This document shows positions 62,785-64,000 of a stretch of DNA of 64,000 nt, one piece after another. This stretch comes from Paraspadella gotoi. Taxonomy: Eukaryota; Animalia; Chaetognatha. Below the pieces are notes generated by a model. It saw only the letters and a list, made by a program, of their open reading frames with translations, searched no databases and was not told where the DNA came from. Every line of letters begins with the position of its first letter. The first letter of the stretch is position 1. The position numbers were made by a program, and so were the translations under genes. The DNA lies in contig CM119267.1 in NCBI GenBank assembly GCA_051294375.1, forward strand, positions 20,461,476-20,525,475, in the 5' to 3' direction.

Positions 62785-64000
62785 TTAAAGTCTTGAATAA
62801 TGAATAATCTTCATTCCCAAGTTGTCATATGGATTAATGACCGAATCTCGTCGATAAAACACGTAATGTTGGAGAATAAAACAAAAATTGAAGGAAATCG
62901 TGATTAGGCCGAGCCCGAATTTGGTAAAATTGCCAAAAAATTGATTTCCAGTCGTCGTAGTTGTAAGACTACATTTTTTAAAAAAAGATCCGAGATAATT
63001 GTTTCTTTCGTCCCGACCAACATTCAAACAATGAACCATGATATGAGGCTGGTCAGTACTCATTTGACAAACCTTAAGAAACATCTGCAAAACAGAAAGC
63101 AAACCGCCCGATGTATCTAACAAAACCGTTCCGATGCTCCAGCCGTCAGTGCTTTTACGCCTATCGAAACACATCATTTATAGGAAACATTGTCAATGAA
63201 TTTTAAAACGAAAATTTCACCTAAAATTCATGTAAACTTGTGGAATGTATTTTAAAATAGAAACCGTAAGCTTGATGTAAGACCAAACATAAATATAATC
63301 GAGCCAAGAAATTACAGATACAACGGCAAGGATCAAGGTTGTCAAAGGCAGAAGAAAACGTTGCCAACGTGAGGGATCTTCAGACATTTAGAATGTAAAA
63401 TAATAAAATACCAATAAACGTGTTTTATGCGTAAAGTATGAATTGAATAATCATATCCTCACTTGCATAACACAGATATGTGTTGTTTTCCTCTTTATAC
63501 ATAAAGCACTGCGAGATAGTTAAGGTTGTAATGAAAAGAGCATGAATAGCTACAAACGACGTCATTATCTTCAACTTGAATCACGCCAAGAGGGTGGGCC
63601 TTTAAGAAATATTAGCAAGAAAGTCGGAAGGATTGCTCAATGCAATTAATATGTAAATTGTCTTGCCTGAAAATACAGTTTCGCGAACGTGGTAGTTATA
63701 TTTCAAGCATGTATTATAAATGACGTAAGCGAAAAATCCGATTTCATTCAGTGTCAAAAAATCGAAATTTAAGCCCACAACTGATTTGCGTTTGAAGTTG
63801 ATCCAAAATTGAGGGTAACCGCACAAAGCCCAACAAGCAAAATACATCCAACCGACGACTGCTCCTAACGTCTATAAATATAATTACTAATTATACTATA
63901 TTATAATTAGAACAAATCGAAAAAAGTGCATTAATAAAATGTAATTCTCAGTTTACCTCTAACCATTCGCTCCTGATAATAGAAATTTCTACTACGAGTA
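62785..64000 (-). CDS. CTNS: Cystinosin (PQ-loop lysosomal cystine transporter), 5' part outside the window, with apparent frameshifts
   Basis: Motifs YPQFWINFKRKSVVGLNFDFL, KYIPQVYMNF, RKSTDGWSIGTVLLDTSGG and TKFGLGL. Single-base frame breaks occur near 62935 and 63557. Confidence 0.9.

Noticed and set aside
1-64000. Alternative genetic code
   Set aside because: Conserved exons translate cleanly with the standard code, and TAA, TAG and TGA all serve as terminal stops.
1-64000. Functional (pathway) gene cluster
   Set aside because: The products span unrelated processes. The shared feature is orientation and spacing, not pathway.

Overview
Compact, intron-rich animal (metazoan) genomic DNA with GC-richer exons, short AT-rich introns, the standard genetic code and a 25-N scaffold gap at 35301-35325. 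I read 21 host protein-coding genes, and all are on the minus strand: a partial unknown gene, PRMT5, an orphan, FAM114, SLC35B4, MCAT, MAGT1/TUSC3, a second orphan, a C2H2 zinc-finger gene, SGSM3, FAM50, CEP57, TIGAR-like, MS4A-like, alpha-SNAP, BCR/ABR, ACY1, a polyamine oxidase, ARL14EP, ATXN10 and CTNS. Many stop-to-ATG spacers are only 250-450 bp, and several ATGs are preceded by unpaired 3' splice-acceptor-like sites, which suggests very long operons with SL trans-splicing. The only plus-strand coding sequence is a frameshifted inverted copy of the TIGAR-like gene. A 2.27-kb palindrome built from TTAGGG-containing units and repeated TGGCGA-NN-TCGCCA motifs lies in a FAM50 intron. Several MITE families with clear TIRs and TSDs, a tRNA-derived SINE, a gag-like fragment and a twin hairpin-repeat array are also present. 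Gene identities come from recognised motifs, not database searches, and multi-exon coordinates are spans from first to last codon.
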